The notes beneath the pieces were generated by a model, which was not told the DNA's origin, did not search any database, and saw only the letters and a program-made list of their open reading frames with translations. Position numbers and translations under genes: made by a program. Shown here piece after piece: positions 18,581-27,252 of a stretch of 64,000 nt of DNA. Position 1 is the stretch's first letter, and every line of letters starts with the position of its first letter. This stretch comes from an uncultured Acidobacteriaceae bacterium (GTDB lineage Bacteria; Acidobacteriota; Terriglobia; Terriglobales; Acidobacteriaceae), in the NCBI GenBank assembly GCA_963745725.1, contig CAVUYJ010000002.1, positions 21,964-85,963 of the forward strand. The letters are read 5' to 3'.

Positions 18581-21007
18581 ATGGCAAATCCCCCGTCCGG
18601 AATCCTCGACACGATCCGGAACAAGGAAGCTGTTCTCTTCATCGGTTCGGGCTTTTCCAGGTCGGCGGGATTTCCCTCCTCGGCGTCTATCGCCGCGTTC
18701 CTGATTGGAACGTTGCGCGCCGATGGCAAGTCTATAGATTCCCGTCTGGAACTGGACCGCGTTGCCGAGCTATTTGAACTTACCAATGGCCGGGGTCGTC
18801 TTATTTCCGCGGTGGAATCGTTCCTAAGAACTTCACCCCGTGATGTTCTTAGCCCCAGCCATCGACTCCTGGCCAGCCTGGTGAAACACGGCTTTGTCAA
18901 AACCATCGTTACAACGAACTACGACACTCTGATCGAAGATGCGTGCACAGTGCTGGGCACGACCATCCGAGTCATTGCGCACCCATCGCAACTGTACGCC
19001 GCTGCCGGAGACCAGCCGGTCTTGTACAAGATTCACGGCGATTTCTCCCACCCTGACCTACTCGTCCTTACTCCTAAGGATTTTCAACAATGGAGCCAGG
19101 GACCGGAGACGCGATCGATCGTGACCCAGCTGCAGGCACTCTTCGATCGAAGTGCGCTGCTCTTCCTGGGCTATTCGTTGTCCGATTTCAACATTCTGAC
19201 TCTGCTGTTGGGCTCTGACTTCGCAAGTCGAGGCGCACCGAGGCACAAGCGCTTTTCAGCCATCTATTCCAATGAGGTCCCTGAGGACACCGGCGGCCGG
19301 TTGAGACTGTATGGAGTGGAGGCATTTGCCTGCCCGGACACGGAGCAATTACTGCGATCGCTGCTGCAGAGATTGCCAGTCACGCTGCGCGTGAAGCATC
19401 TTGTTTTCAGCTATCCGTCCTGGTACCCGGACCAGGAGGCCCGCTACGGTGGAATTGAGACCTTTATCCGCTACCTTTCGCAAAATGCAAAAGGCTGCTC
19501 GCACAGCACCTACTATGCAATTTTCGGCAGAATGCTGGAGTTTGAGCCTTCGAACTTGGCGAATACGACTTATCCTACCTACCCCGCCAGCTTCTTCTTC
19601 TTCAGAGCAGCGGCAAAAGCGGCCTTGGAGACGACACTGCACAGTGGCAGTTCCACAACAGATCGCGTGCCCGACGTTGTTCACGTGCATTTCCTCGAGT
19701 TTGCGCCGCTCTCTCAAGAGGCAGGTATCCCGACGCTATGCACCTCTCATAGTCTCTTATCGCTTGATCTCTTTTTTACCAAGGGACTCTTCGACGGCAG
19801 CGAAATGCCCGGAGCACGGCAGGAAGTACGCGTGGCCTATGCATCCGAAAGGAACGCCGCGTCGGAGGTGCGCTTCGTCACAGTTCTTTCGCAGGCTCAT
19901 GAGCAGGAGGTCCGGCGTCTGGGTGCGCGAAGCGTGCGGCGGCTCGATGCTCCATTCGATCCTCGAGAGTTTCCGTTGGAAAGTCCGGAATCGGCCCGGC
20001 GGCGCGCGTATCCAACCCTGAAGGAAAAATTCACCATAACCTACGTCGGTCGTCCCGATCGCCGCAAAGGAATCGAAATCCTGATCAGAGCTTGCGAACT
20101 GCTCGCAGAAGAGACTGTAGATTTTCAATTGCTCTTCGTGGGATACGGTTTCTGGCAGTCAGAACAGCACCTGAATTTTGGCACGGGATGGTTTTCGTTT
20201 GATATCTCGCGACTGCGCGAGAAGGGAATCGAACTCGAATACCGGCGCGGATACGGTCCCCGGGACACACCAGTTTTTTATGCAGCGTCCGATATCGTTG
20301 TCGTTCCCTCCCTTTATGAGCCCATGGGCTATGTTGTTCTAGAGGCGATGGCGAGCTCGCGGCCAGTGGTAGCCGCCCGGACCGGGGGCCTCACTGAGAC
20401 CATCGTCGATGGGATCAATGGAATCCTTTTTGCTTCGGGCGAAGCGGAGGATCTGGCGCAAAAACTGCTCACGCTTTATCGTGACCCCGAGATGAGGAAG
20501 CGACTTGGCGAGCAGGCCTCTAAGGATGTCAATGCCCGGCGGTCCCTCGCCGACGTAGTTCTGGACTGGGAGGAGTTATATCGACAAGCGGCGTTTGCTT
20601 TTGGGGGGTCCTTGTTTCCTCCTCCAGCTCTGGTGGAAGCGATCCGAGAAAGATGTGAGCGGGAAGTGCTCAATTTGAGAGAGGTAGGCGTCTACAGTGC
20701 GGCGCTAATCGGTTGCGAGGTGGCCCGACATCTCATCGCCGAGTCCGGAAAGGAGTTGGAGTTGCCGGAAGGGGTGCCGGTTGACCGTGCGTTGCTCAAT
20801 TCGGTTGCGACGGAACTGCAGAAGGCGCTCCGTCGCAAGGGTCTGGAGACTCCATTTTCCATTGCCGCTCTTGCCGACGTAATGAGCGACCTCGCATTGG
20901 CTCTTCTCAACCGGGAGCGCAATCAGCCCAACTTGGTTCTCCAGGCTGAGGAAACGAAGAAGCGCTTAGATGGGCTCCGGATCGAAGACGCACTCGGGAA
21001 GATATGA
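18581..21007 (+). CDS. SIR2_2-like domain / GT4 (GT-B) glycosyltransferase fusion protein with uncharacterised C-terminal tail
   Basis: Track ORF 18566..21007. Start preferred at 18581 (GGAGGT 3 nt upstream). SIR2 motifs (ORF numbering): VLFIGSGFSRSAGFPS (aa 23-38), TTNYDTLIE (116-124), LYKIHGD (153-159), LLFLGYSLSDFNI (198-210). GT4 motifs: FTITYVGRPDRRKGIE (489-504), VVPSLYEPMGYVVLEAMASSRPVVAARTGGLTETIVDGINGILF (579-622) with E585-x7-E593. Tail aa ~676-813 has no motif. Confidence 0.85.
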   Translation: MANPPSGILDTIRNKEAVLFIGSGFSRSAGFPSSASIAAFLIGTLRADGKSIDSRLELDRVAELFELTNGRGRLISAVESFLRTSPRDVLSPSHRLLASLVKHGFVKTIVTTNYDTLIEDACTVLGTTIRVIAHPSQLYAAAGDQPVLYKIHGDFSHPDLLVLTPKDFQQWSQGPETRSIVTQLQALFDRSALLFLGYSLSDFNILTLLLGSDFASRGAPRHKRFSAIYSNEVPEDTGGRLRLYGVEAFACPDTEQLLRSLLQRLPVTLRVKHLVFSYPSWYPDQEARYGGIETFIRYLSQNAKGCSHSTYYAIFGRMLEFEPSNLANTTYPTYPASFFFFRAAAKAALETTLHSGSSTTDRVPDVVHVHFLEFAPLSQEAGIPTLCTSHSLLSLDLFFTKGLFDGSEMPGARQEVRVAYASERNAASEVRFVTVLSQAHEQEVRRLGARSVRRLDAPFDPREFPLESPESARRRAYPTLKEKFTITYVGRPDRRKGIEILIRACELLAEETVDFQLLFVGYGFWQSEQHLNFGTGWFSFDISRLREKGIELEYRRGYGPRDTPVFYAASDIVVVPSLYEPMGYVVLEAMASSRPVVAARTGGLTETIVDGINGILFASGEAEDLAQKLLTLYRDPEMRKRLGEQASKDVNARRSLADVVLDWEELYRQAAFAFGGSLFPPPALVEAIRERCEREVLNLREVGVYSAALIGCEVARHLIAESGKELELPEGVPVDRALLNSVATELQKALRRKGLETPFSIAALADVMSDLALALLNRERNQPNLVLQAEETKKRLDGLRIEDALGKI

Positions 21008-21100
21008 CGGCGGACATTTCGGGCGGACAGTTGAGCCGAAGTGCCCGGGTACCCACAAAAGCCGTCCTGTCACCCATTTTGTCCCCTGCCAACGCGCATA

Positions 21101-21424
21101 CCAACCAGAAGTAACCCGGGCCTTGTAGCGAAAAAAATCATCTAGCCACTTACATCTAACTCAGAAATGCGTTATCTCTTAGAGTAGACGATATCGGAAG
21201 GCGACGGCTCCTCACGCAACCGCGCCTTGACCGGCAGTTGCCTGCAGCTTCGGCCTTCCGCGTGAGCGAAGGATAGTTTCACCCCTGTCCGGTACTGCAC
21301 CCTACCCCTGTCACAAAATAATCAACGACAGCCACGGCTGCTTGCCGCGGCTCTGCCCCTTCTGTCACTAACACAGCGCTGAAGCCATAAAAAGGCCAAA
21401 TTTTATCGAATTTTATGAAATATC
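21101..21424 (-). repeat. conserved intergenic element, copy 2 (uninterrupted; candidate structured sRNA)
   Basis: Aligns with copy 1. Contains nested hairpins (plus coords ~21212-21266 and ~21332-21350) and the AT-rich box aaattttatcgaattttatgaaatatc at 21398-21424. Confidence 0.6.
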
Positions 21425-21474
21425 TCGCTCGTTCACTCGAACCAAGGCAGGATCCAGCTCTGTCTGCCCACACC

Positions 21475-22005
21475 CTACATGTGTCCATAACTGACGACGC
21501 GCGTCAGCCTCCACCGGCCGTCCTTGAGTTGCCAGATGTGTAGAAACTTGGCTTCACCTACCGGCCATTCCGGCGTGCCCGCATCGAGAAAGCGAGTCAT
21601 GCCGAGCTGCTTTGCGCCGGGAAACTCTTTCTCGTGGCCGGGATGATGGAAGCGATGCACTCGTATCTCGATCGCCCCGTAGTCCTTGATCGGATAGACC
21701 TCCAGGGTCCCGGGCACGAGCTCGCGAATCATCACGCCGCAGGTATTGTTCTTAATGGAGTCGAGAAACACCTTCCTGCCTAGCGTCAAGCCACCTAGGT
21801 CGTGGTAGAACTCGAGGTTCTCATCAACCATCGCTGTCAGCTTCTCGTAGTCGCACCGGTTTGCCGCTTCAAACAATTGCGAATCGAGCTCCTGCACCGT
21901 CTCGAACAGCTTGGAAGGTCCATTTGGGGCGGAGATTGCAGTGGAGCCGGCCAGGACGGTCAGCAACACCTTCGTGAGTGCAAGCCACATAGAGACTCCG
22001 ATCAT
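21475..22005 (-). CDS. NTF2-like (DUF4440/SnoaL-like) protein with signal peptide
   Basis: 176 aa. N-terminal hydrophobic leader, then CDYEKLTAMVDENLEFYHDLGG ... WQLKDGRWRLTRVVSY, typical of the NTF2 fold family. Confidence 0.6.
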   Translation of the reverse strand: MIGVSMWLALTKVLLTVLAGSTAISAPNGPSKLFETVQELDSQLFEAANRCDYEKLTAMVDENLEFYHDLGGLTLGRKVFLDSIKNNTCGVMIRELVPGTLEVYPIKDYGAIEIRVHRFHHPGHEKEFPGAKQLGMTRFLDAGTPEWPVGEAKFLHIWQLKDGRWRLTRVVSYGHM

Positions 22006-22113
22006 GTAGTTTTGGAATACATACGCGAGAGCAGCCGTTAAGGTTCAATCAAGTATGCTTCCCTCTGGGGTGAACAGGGCTGTCGCATCCTTACCTAAGC
22101 AGAGGTCCTATTG

Positions 22114-22797
22114 ATGAAGCAGAGTTTCGCAGCAATCATCCTTGGAGGTACCGGACAAGTCGGCGGTGCAGCCGTCGCGGAACTACTGGCAACTTCAGAA
22201 TGCCGGGAAGTGGTGATGGTCACTAGAAAGCCCATTGCGCCGCGATCGCGGGTGCGCAACGTCGTTCTTGATACCGGCGCTGCGGACTTTGCCGAGCGCA
22301 CTGCCGCCCTTGCCCGCGAAGTTTTGAGCCAAGGCCCCGCCAGCGCCGTCAGCTGTGTGGGTGTCGGTTCCGGATCGAGGCGCTGGAGCGAAGAAGAATT
22401 GCAACGGCTTGAGCTCGGCGTCGTGGGTGCCTTTGCTCGTGGCTGCCATGACGCCGGAATCGCCCAGTTTTGCCTGCTTTCTGCGGTGGGAAGCACAGCT
22501 CGTAGCCGGTTTCGCTATGTGCGAGTCATGGGCATGAAGGAAGACACGGTGCGTCATGTCAGTTTTGCCCGCCTCGCCATATTCCGCCCCGGCATCATTG
22601 TCGGCAACGCTCATACCCCGGCCTGGGCCGGTTGGTTGGGAAGCCTCGTGCCCGGGCCCTTTGGCAATATCGATCAGCGAATTCTCGGTCGCTCCATCGC
22701 CGCAGAGATAGCTTTGCACAGTCGAGATACTGGTGAAGTTACCCGCGAAAATGCAGCCATGAAAAAACTCGCTGCGCAGTTCAATACGGCGCTCTAG
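22114..22797 (+). CDS. NAD(P)H-binding Rossmann-fold oxidoreductase (HTATIP2-like)
   Basis: AIILGGTGQVGGAAVAELL glycine-rich loop, ~227 aa. An AGAGG box lies 8 nt upstream of the ATG at 22114. Confidence 0.7.
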   Translation: MKQSFAAIILGGTGQVGGAAVAELLATSECREVVMVTRKPIAPRSRVRNVVLDTGAADFAERTAALAREVLSQGPASAVSCVGVGSGSRRWSEEELQRLELGVVGAFARGCHDAGIAQFCLLSAVGSTARSRFRYVRVMGMKEDTVRHVSFARLAIFRPGIIVGNAHTPAWAGWLGSLVPGPFGNIDQRILGRSIAAEIALHSRDTGEVTRENAAMKKLAAQFNTAL

Positions 22798-22825
22798 GAA
22801 TGTTTTCAGGGAGCGCATCGGCCTG

Positions 22826-23410
22826 TCATCGCAAAGGTCCGGCAGGCGTGTAAGTGCTGATGATGACGCCAGAGGACACAGCGTTCGTGCTGGTCAGTTC
22901 GAGTCCGCTTGGAGGGATCCCGTCCGAAAAGAAACGTTTTCCTTTACCCAAAAAAATTGGATAGACGAACAGCAAGACCTCGTCCGCGAGCCCCTGTTCC
23001 AGCAGCGTCGATGTCAACGTCGAACTGCCCCAGAGGATCAGGCCTGGCCCGTCCATCGCCTTGATTCGGCGAATGCCCGCAACGACGTCCGGTCCAAGAC
23101 CCTCGAATGGACCCCACGCAAGACTGTCCGGCCTGTGGGTCGCGACATATTTGGTGGCCGCATTCAGGCTGTCTGCGAGCGGACTGGTAGGGGCCTTCGG
23201 CCAGAAGCCCGACCAGATATCGTAGGTGCGTCGGCCAAGCACGAGATCAAAGGGCTCGCTATGCGCCGCGAGGACCGCTTTTCCCGCGTCGGGATCGCGA
23301 TACGGCCGCGTCCATCCGCCGTATGGGTAGTCGCCATCCTCACCCGGGCCGCCGGGAGCCTGAATCACGCCGTCCAGCGAAATATGTTCCATGATCTTGA
23401 GCTTTCTCAT
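22826..23410 (-). CDS. dihydrofolate-reductase-like (RibD C-terminal domain) family protein
   Basis: MRKLKIMEHISLDGVIQAPGGPGEDGDYPYGGW ... LILWGSSTL... is typical of the YwjB/YyaP family. Start at 23410. Confidence 0.85.
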   Translation of the reverse strand: MRKLKIMEHISLDGVIQAPGGPGEDGDYPYGGWTRPYRDPDAGKAVLAAHSEPFDLVLGRRTYDIWSGFWPKAPTSPLADSLNAATKYVATHRPDSLAWGPFEGLGPDVVAGIRRIKAMDGPGLILWGSSTLTSTLLEQGLADEVLLFVYPIFLGKGKRFFSDGIPPSGLELTSTNAVSSGVIISTYTPAGPLR

Positions 23411-23594
23411 TCGGAGTTTCCTTTCTGGGCGGGCCGGTTGCCCTGCCTTCAATATGTAGTCGAACGGCCGGATCGGAATTGGACAAAAACTCCAGGAATT
23501 TTTGCTTATCGTCTTCCTGAGAGCCCGTGATTTTTTCGATGTTTTCGTGTTTTCTGCATATCCAATCAGCTGTATTTCAAGCCCCTCACAAAAC

Positions 23595-23900
23595 CGTCAT
23601 CCTGAGCGAAGCGCGTCGCAGATATATCGGAAACAGAGGGCTTTAAGCGCGGAGTCGAAGGACCCCGACGATGCTTGTTCGGCAGATGCTCTTGGGAGCT
23701 TTCTGGCCGCAAACCACACCGGAAGATAAAAAAGTCACATACTCCGAGCGGAGCGCTTCACAGATCTATCGCGTGACACGGCATTTCATGACGCGCAGTC
23801 GAAGAGCCTGTCCTGAGCGTAGCCGAAGGAACCCCGAGAGTGCTCATCTTGCCCATGCCGTTCGTACCTTTTCGACTACCGAAGCCCGACAACAGGGACG
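23595..23900. repeat. cluster of REP-like acidobacterial intergenic repeats
   Basis: Three related units share cctgagcg(a/t)agc, gagcg.agcgc.tc.cagat.tatcg and gtcgaag(g/a). Units start near 23595, 23743 and 23809. Their ORF translations (PERSASQIYR...) look like artefacts. Confidence 0.55.
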
Positions 23901-24000
23901 AGGGACGGAGAAAAGATGGGGTTGACCCGGGGAGTAACCCGCTACCGATTACCTTAGGCTGGGACGCAATTTTGGATAATGATCCGGGAGAACCGATTCC

Positions 24001-25023
24001 ATGGCGCTAGTTTCTTTTGCGGAGATGCAGGACGTGATTGCCTCGGCGTTCATCAATGCCGGCATGATCGAGCAGGAAGCTCAGCAGTGCGCGCGAATCC
24101 ATACCGAATCAACACTCGATGGCGTCAACTCGCATGGTGTGAACCGGGTCGCGCGCTTCGTAGATTACGTCAGCAAGGGTTGGATCAATCTTGCTGCCAA
24201 ACCGAGACTGGTGAAGCAATTGAGCGCCATCGAGATCTACGACGGAGGGCGGGCACCGGGGGTACTCAACGCTATGTTCTCCACCGATCGTGCCATGCAC
24301 ATCGCTTCGCAACAGGGGGTTGGGATCGTCGCTCTCCGGAACACAACTCACTGGATGCGCGGCGGCGCCTATGGCTGGCGTGCGGCGGATCAAGGGTATG
24401 TGGCGATCAGTTGGACCAACACCGAATCCGTCATGCCGGCCTGGGGCGGTCGTGACTCGCGCGTCGGCAACAATCCCTTCGTAATCGCCGTTCCGAGAAA
24501 GAAGGGCCACATTGTCCTCGATATGGCAATGTCGCAGTACTCCTACGGCAAGCTGCAGACGACCAGGCTGAAAGGTCGCAAACTGCCGTTTCCCGGTGGC
24601 TTCGATAACGACGGCAACCTGACCGATGAGCCGGGGCCGATCGAAGCTTCCATGCGGATCCTGCCCATGGGCTATTGGAAAGGGTCGGGCTTTGCGATCA
24701 TGCTGGACGTGCTGGCGGCGGTGCTGTCTGAGGGTGCGCCGACCAACGCCATCGATAAGATCCAGGAGGGGAGCTGCACGGGCTGTTCCCAGATATTCAT
24801 CCTGATCGACCCGGCGAAACTCGGTGGCGAAAAATTCACCGAGGAGATCGCGAACAGCGTAGTCGATTATGTGCACCAGTCGATTCCGGCGGAGGACAGC
24901 ACTGGAACTCTTTATCCCGGCGAAAATGCGTTAAGCACCAGACAGAAGCAGATGAAAGTGGGAATCCTTGTCGACGACGGCGTGTGGAGCGAAGTGCTGA
25001 CCCTGGCCGGGAAGAAGAGGTGA
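24001..25023 (+). CDS. Ldh_2-family oxidoreductase (malate/L-lactate dehydrogenase family, 2,3-diketo-L-gulonate reductase-like)
   Basis: 340 aa. HTESTLDGVNSHGVNRVARFVDYV and NNPFVIAVP...LDMAMSQYSYGKL match the YiaK/DlgD-type family. Confidence 0.85.
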   Translation: MALVSFAEMQDVIASAFINAGMIEQEAQQCARIHTESTLDGVNSHGVNRVARFVDYVSKGWINLAAKPRLVKQLSAIEIYDGGRAPGVLNAMFSTDRAMHIASQQGVGIVALRNTTHWMRGGAYGWRAADQGYVAISWTNTESVMPAWGGRDSRVGNNPFVIAVPRKKGHIVLDMAMSQYSYGKLQTTRLKGRKLPFPGGFDNDGNLTDEPGPIEASMRILPMGYWKGSGFAIMLDVLAAVLSEGAPTNAIDKIQEGSCTGCSQIFILIDPAKLGGEKFTEEIANSVVDYVHQSIPAEDSTGTLYPGENALSTRQKQMKVGILVDDGVWSEVLTLAGKKR

Positions 25024-25224
25024 CACGGTTGGACATGAACGCGGGGAGATAGAGGAGAAAGGTTCGCGAGGAGTGGTTTTCCTTGAAGCAAGCAGGACAA
25101 ACGGAATTGACCCTAACAAAATGCGTTCGCATGGCGGGTGCATTTCCCTAAGGCCAATCCTGTTTGTCCCACTTTCCCCATCGTAGTATTCCCTTGAAAG
25201 ATGGCCCGCACGAGTGCTGACCAG

Positions 25225-25677
25225 TTAGTCGTGGGCCGCCGGGAGGGTCAACAGCTCGCTGGTGCAGCTTACCGGTTCTGCGCTCCCAGTGAAGTAACCG
25301 TAGTCTTCGCCGGTAAACGGATCGGTTGCAGAATCCCGGGACAACTGGATGTAATCCCCTACGATCGAGCCTGCACCAAAGAACAAGGGGTCGGCGCTGG
25401 AAACGCTGACCGTCAGCGCTTTGTTATCGCTGGAAAGGCAACTGGTACCGCTCGTCATCAAGATGACGGTGGAAGCGGTCTTGGTGTAGCCCGACCACGG
25501 TGAGCATTTGCTTGCCGTCGGCAGAGTAAAGTTGCGCGCGACGAAAGTGGTGCCACCTCCGCCGAAGCCGCCGTTTACCGCGATGCAGTAGGGCGCCTCT
25601 GCGGCGAAGCTGTGGATGGGGGCCAGCAGGACTGACAGAACCACGAGGGACGACTGAGCGATGGAAGTGAATTTCAT
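25225..25677 (-). CDS. hypothetical secreted protein
   Basis: Met at 25677 with signal peptide MKFTSIAQSSLVVLSVLLAPIHSFAAE. No family recognised. Confidence 0.45.
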   Translation of the reverse strand: MKFTSIAQSSLVVLSVLLAPIHSFAAEAPYCIAVNGGFGGGGTTFVARNFTLPTASKCSPWSGYTKTASTVILMTSGTSCLSSDNKALTVSVSSADPLFFGAGSIVGDYIQLSRDSATDPFTGEDYGYFTGSAEPVSCTSELLTLPAAHD

Positions 25678-25997
25678 GACATCCTCCTTGGGGCTCCTCG
25701 CAGTGGAACCCAAACTGAATTTGTCTCTCAAACTCTCCACGCTTTGGCTTTGAGTTTGCTCGGACGCACTCCCTAATGCATGCTGGGGACCAAACGCGAA
25801 TGTCCGGTAGTGCTGATGGGAGCTCTTGTATTTCCAACAACATGCGCGTGGGCAACCCCGACCGAAGAGGTGGAACGGTAGCCGAACGGCTACCCGCGCG
25901 GAGCCAATCAGCTCCGGCGGCGGCGAGGTGGATTTGTTGGGTGAAAGCGTCGGAGGGACAGCATGCCTATTGCACCAATTCTGGAGATGGTCCGATC

Positions 25998-26837
25998 ATG
26001 AAGCCCAATAAGCCCAGCCGCACAGCCCTGCTCATCGCCCTGCAACGAGCTGCTCATCAGCTGCTCGATCATGGCTCCATCCTCAATGACCCATTTGCCC
26101 TGAAGGTTCTGCACCAGGACGAAAAGGACGTACTGCAATTTGCGAATCAACACCCCTTGGCCAGCATTGGACGTCTATTCACCGCCGTACGAAGCCGGAT
26201 TGCGGAAGATGCTTTGTCGGCAGCCGTCGAAAGAGGGATTCGGCAGATCGTCATCCTTGGCGCCGGACTCGACACGTTCGCTCTCCGCAGTCCCCATGGC
26301 GAACGAGAGATCCGTATCTATGAGGTGGACCAACCCGCTACGCAGGCATGGAAACTCGAGCGCTTGGCTGAAGCGCAACTCGCACTTCCGCCATGGCTCA
26401 TTCTCGTGCCAGCCGATTTCGAACGGGGCGACTTGGGGGAGACACTTGTCGGCGCAGGCTTTCAGCAGACCTCGCCCGCGTTTTTCACCTGGCTCGGCGT
26501 TGTGCCATATCTGACCCAGGAAGCCATCGTCAGCACTCTGGACTACATGGCTTCCCTCCCGAACTCGCAGGTGGTGTTCGACTACATGGAACCCCCCCAG
26601 GCATTCTCAGAAGAGATGAGGGAATTAGTAACGAAGCGGACCGAACAGCTTGAAAAGATTGGCGAACGTTGGGTCAGCCGTTTCGAGCCGGCTGAAATGG
26701 CTGCGATTCTTCGCTCTCACGGATTTTGTGATATCGAAGACATCAATTTCCAGGAGATCAGGTCTAGGTTCGGCCACGCCGTTCAAGGGCTGGCGCCCGG
26801 ACGGGCTGGCCTGCATGTTGTCCACGCTAAGCACTAG
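25998..26837 (+). CDS. class I SAM-dependent methyltransferase (TIGR00027 / LCMT-like family)
   Basis: MKPNKPSRTALLIALQRAAH..., GIRQIVILGAGLDTFALR, IYEVDQPATQAWK. Start at 25998 within track ORF 25776..26837. Confidence 0.8.
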   Translation: MKPNKPSRTALLIALQRAAHQLLDHGSILNDPFALKVLHQDEKDVLQFANQHPLASIGRLFTAVRSRIAEDALSAAVERGIRQIVILGAGLDTFALRSPHGEREIRIYEVDQPATQAWKLERLAEAQLALPPWLILVPADFERGDLGETLVGAGFQQTSPAFFTWLGVVPYLTQEAIVSTLDYMASLPNSQVVFDYMEPPQAFSEEMRELVTKRTEQLEKIGERWVSRFEPAEMAAILRSHGFCDIEDINFQEIRSRFGHAVQGLAPGRAGLHVVHAKH

Positions 26838-26916
26838 CCAGCTCTCCCCTTGACATCTAGGGTATAGCGGGCTACGCTCGTTTTTACCCTCGCTATCTAG
26901 GGGGAAGAGTTTATAC

Positions 26917-27243
26917 ATGGCAAAGAATGACCTGCAGGGTGCGCTCGATCTCCTGATCCTCAAGACTCTTTCGCATTTGGATTCCATGCACGGCTACGGC
27001 ATCATGATGCACATCCGGCGCGTCACCGACGAGCTCCTCATTGTGGAAGAGGGCTCGCTCTACCCTGCATTGCACCGAATGGAACAGAACGGCTGGGTAC
27101 GCGCCAGTTGGGCCATTACCGACTATGGGCGCAAGGCCAAGTGGTACACGCTCACCCGTGCGGGACGGGAGCAGCTTGCCGGCCGCGAAAAGAACTGGGC
27201 GCAGGTAGTCAAAGGCGTGGACGCGATTCTGCGTTTCGCGTGA
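26917..27243 (+). CDS. PadR-family transcriptional regulator
   Basis: LDLLILKTLSHLDSMHGYGIMMHIRRV...EGSLYPALHRMEQNGWV is the canonical PadR wHTH. Confidence 0.9.
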   Translation: MAKNDLQGALDLLILKTLSHLDSMHGYGIMMHIRRVTDELLIVEEGSLYPALHRMEQNGWVRASWAITDYGRKAKWYTLTRAGREQLAGREKNWAQVVKGVDAILRFA

Positions 27244-27252
27244 GGTATAACG

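Noticed and set aside
18316-18906. ORFs 18316..18906 (-) and 18349..18777 (+), possible partner genes of the SIR2-GT fusion
   Set aside because: Both overlap the SIR2 coding start or its antisense. They are low-complexity (Arg/Ser/Pro-rich) and have no ribosome-binding site or motif. I treat the fusion as a single-gene locus.
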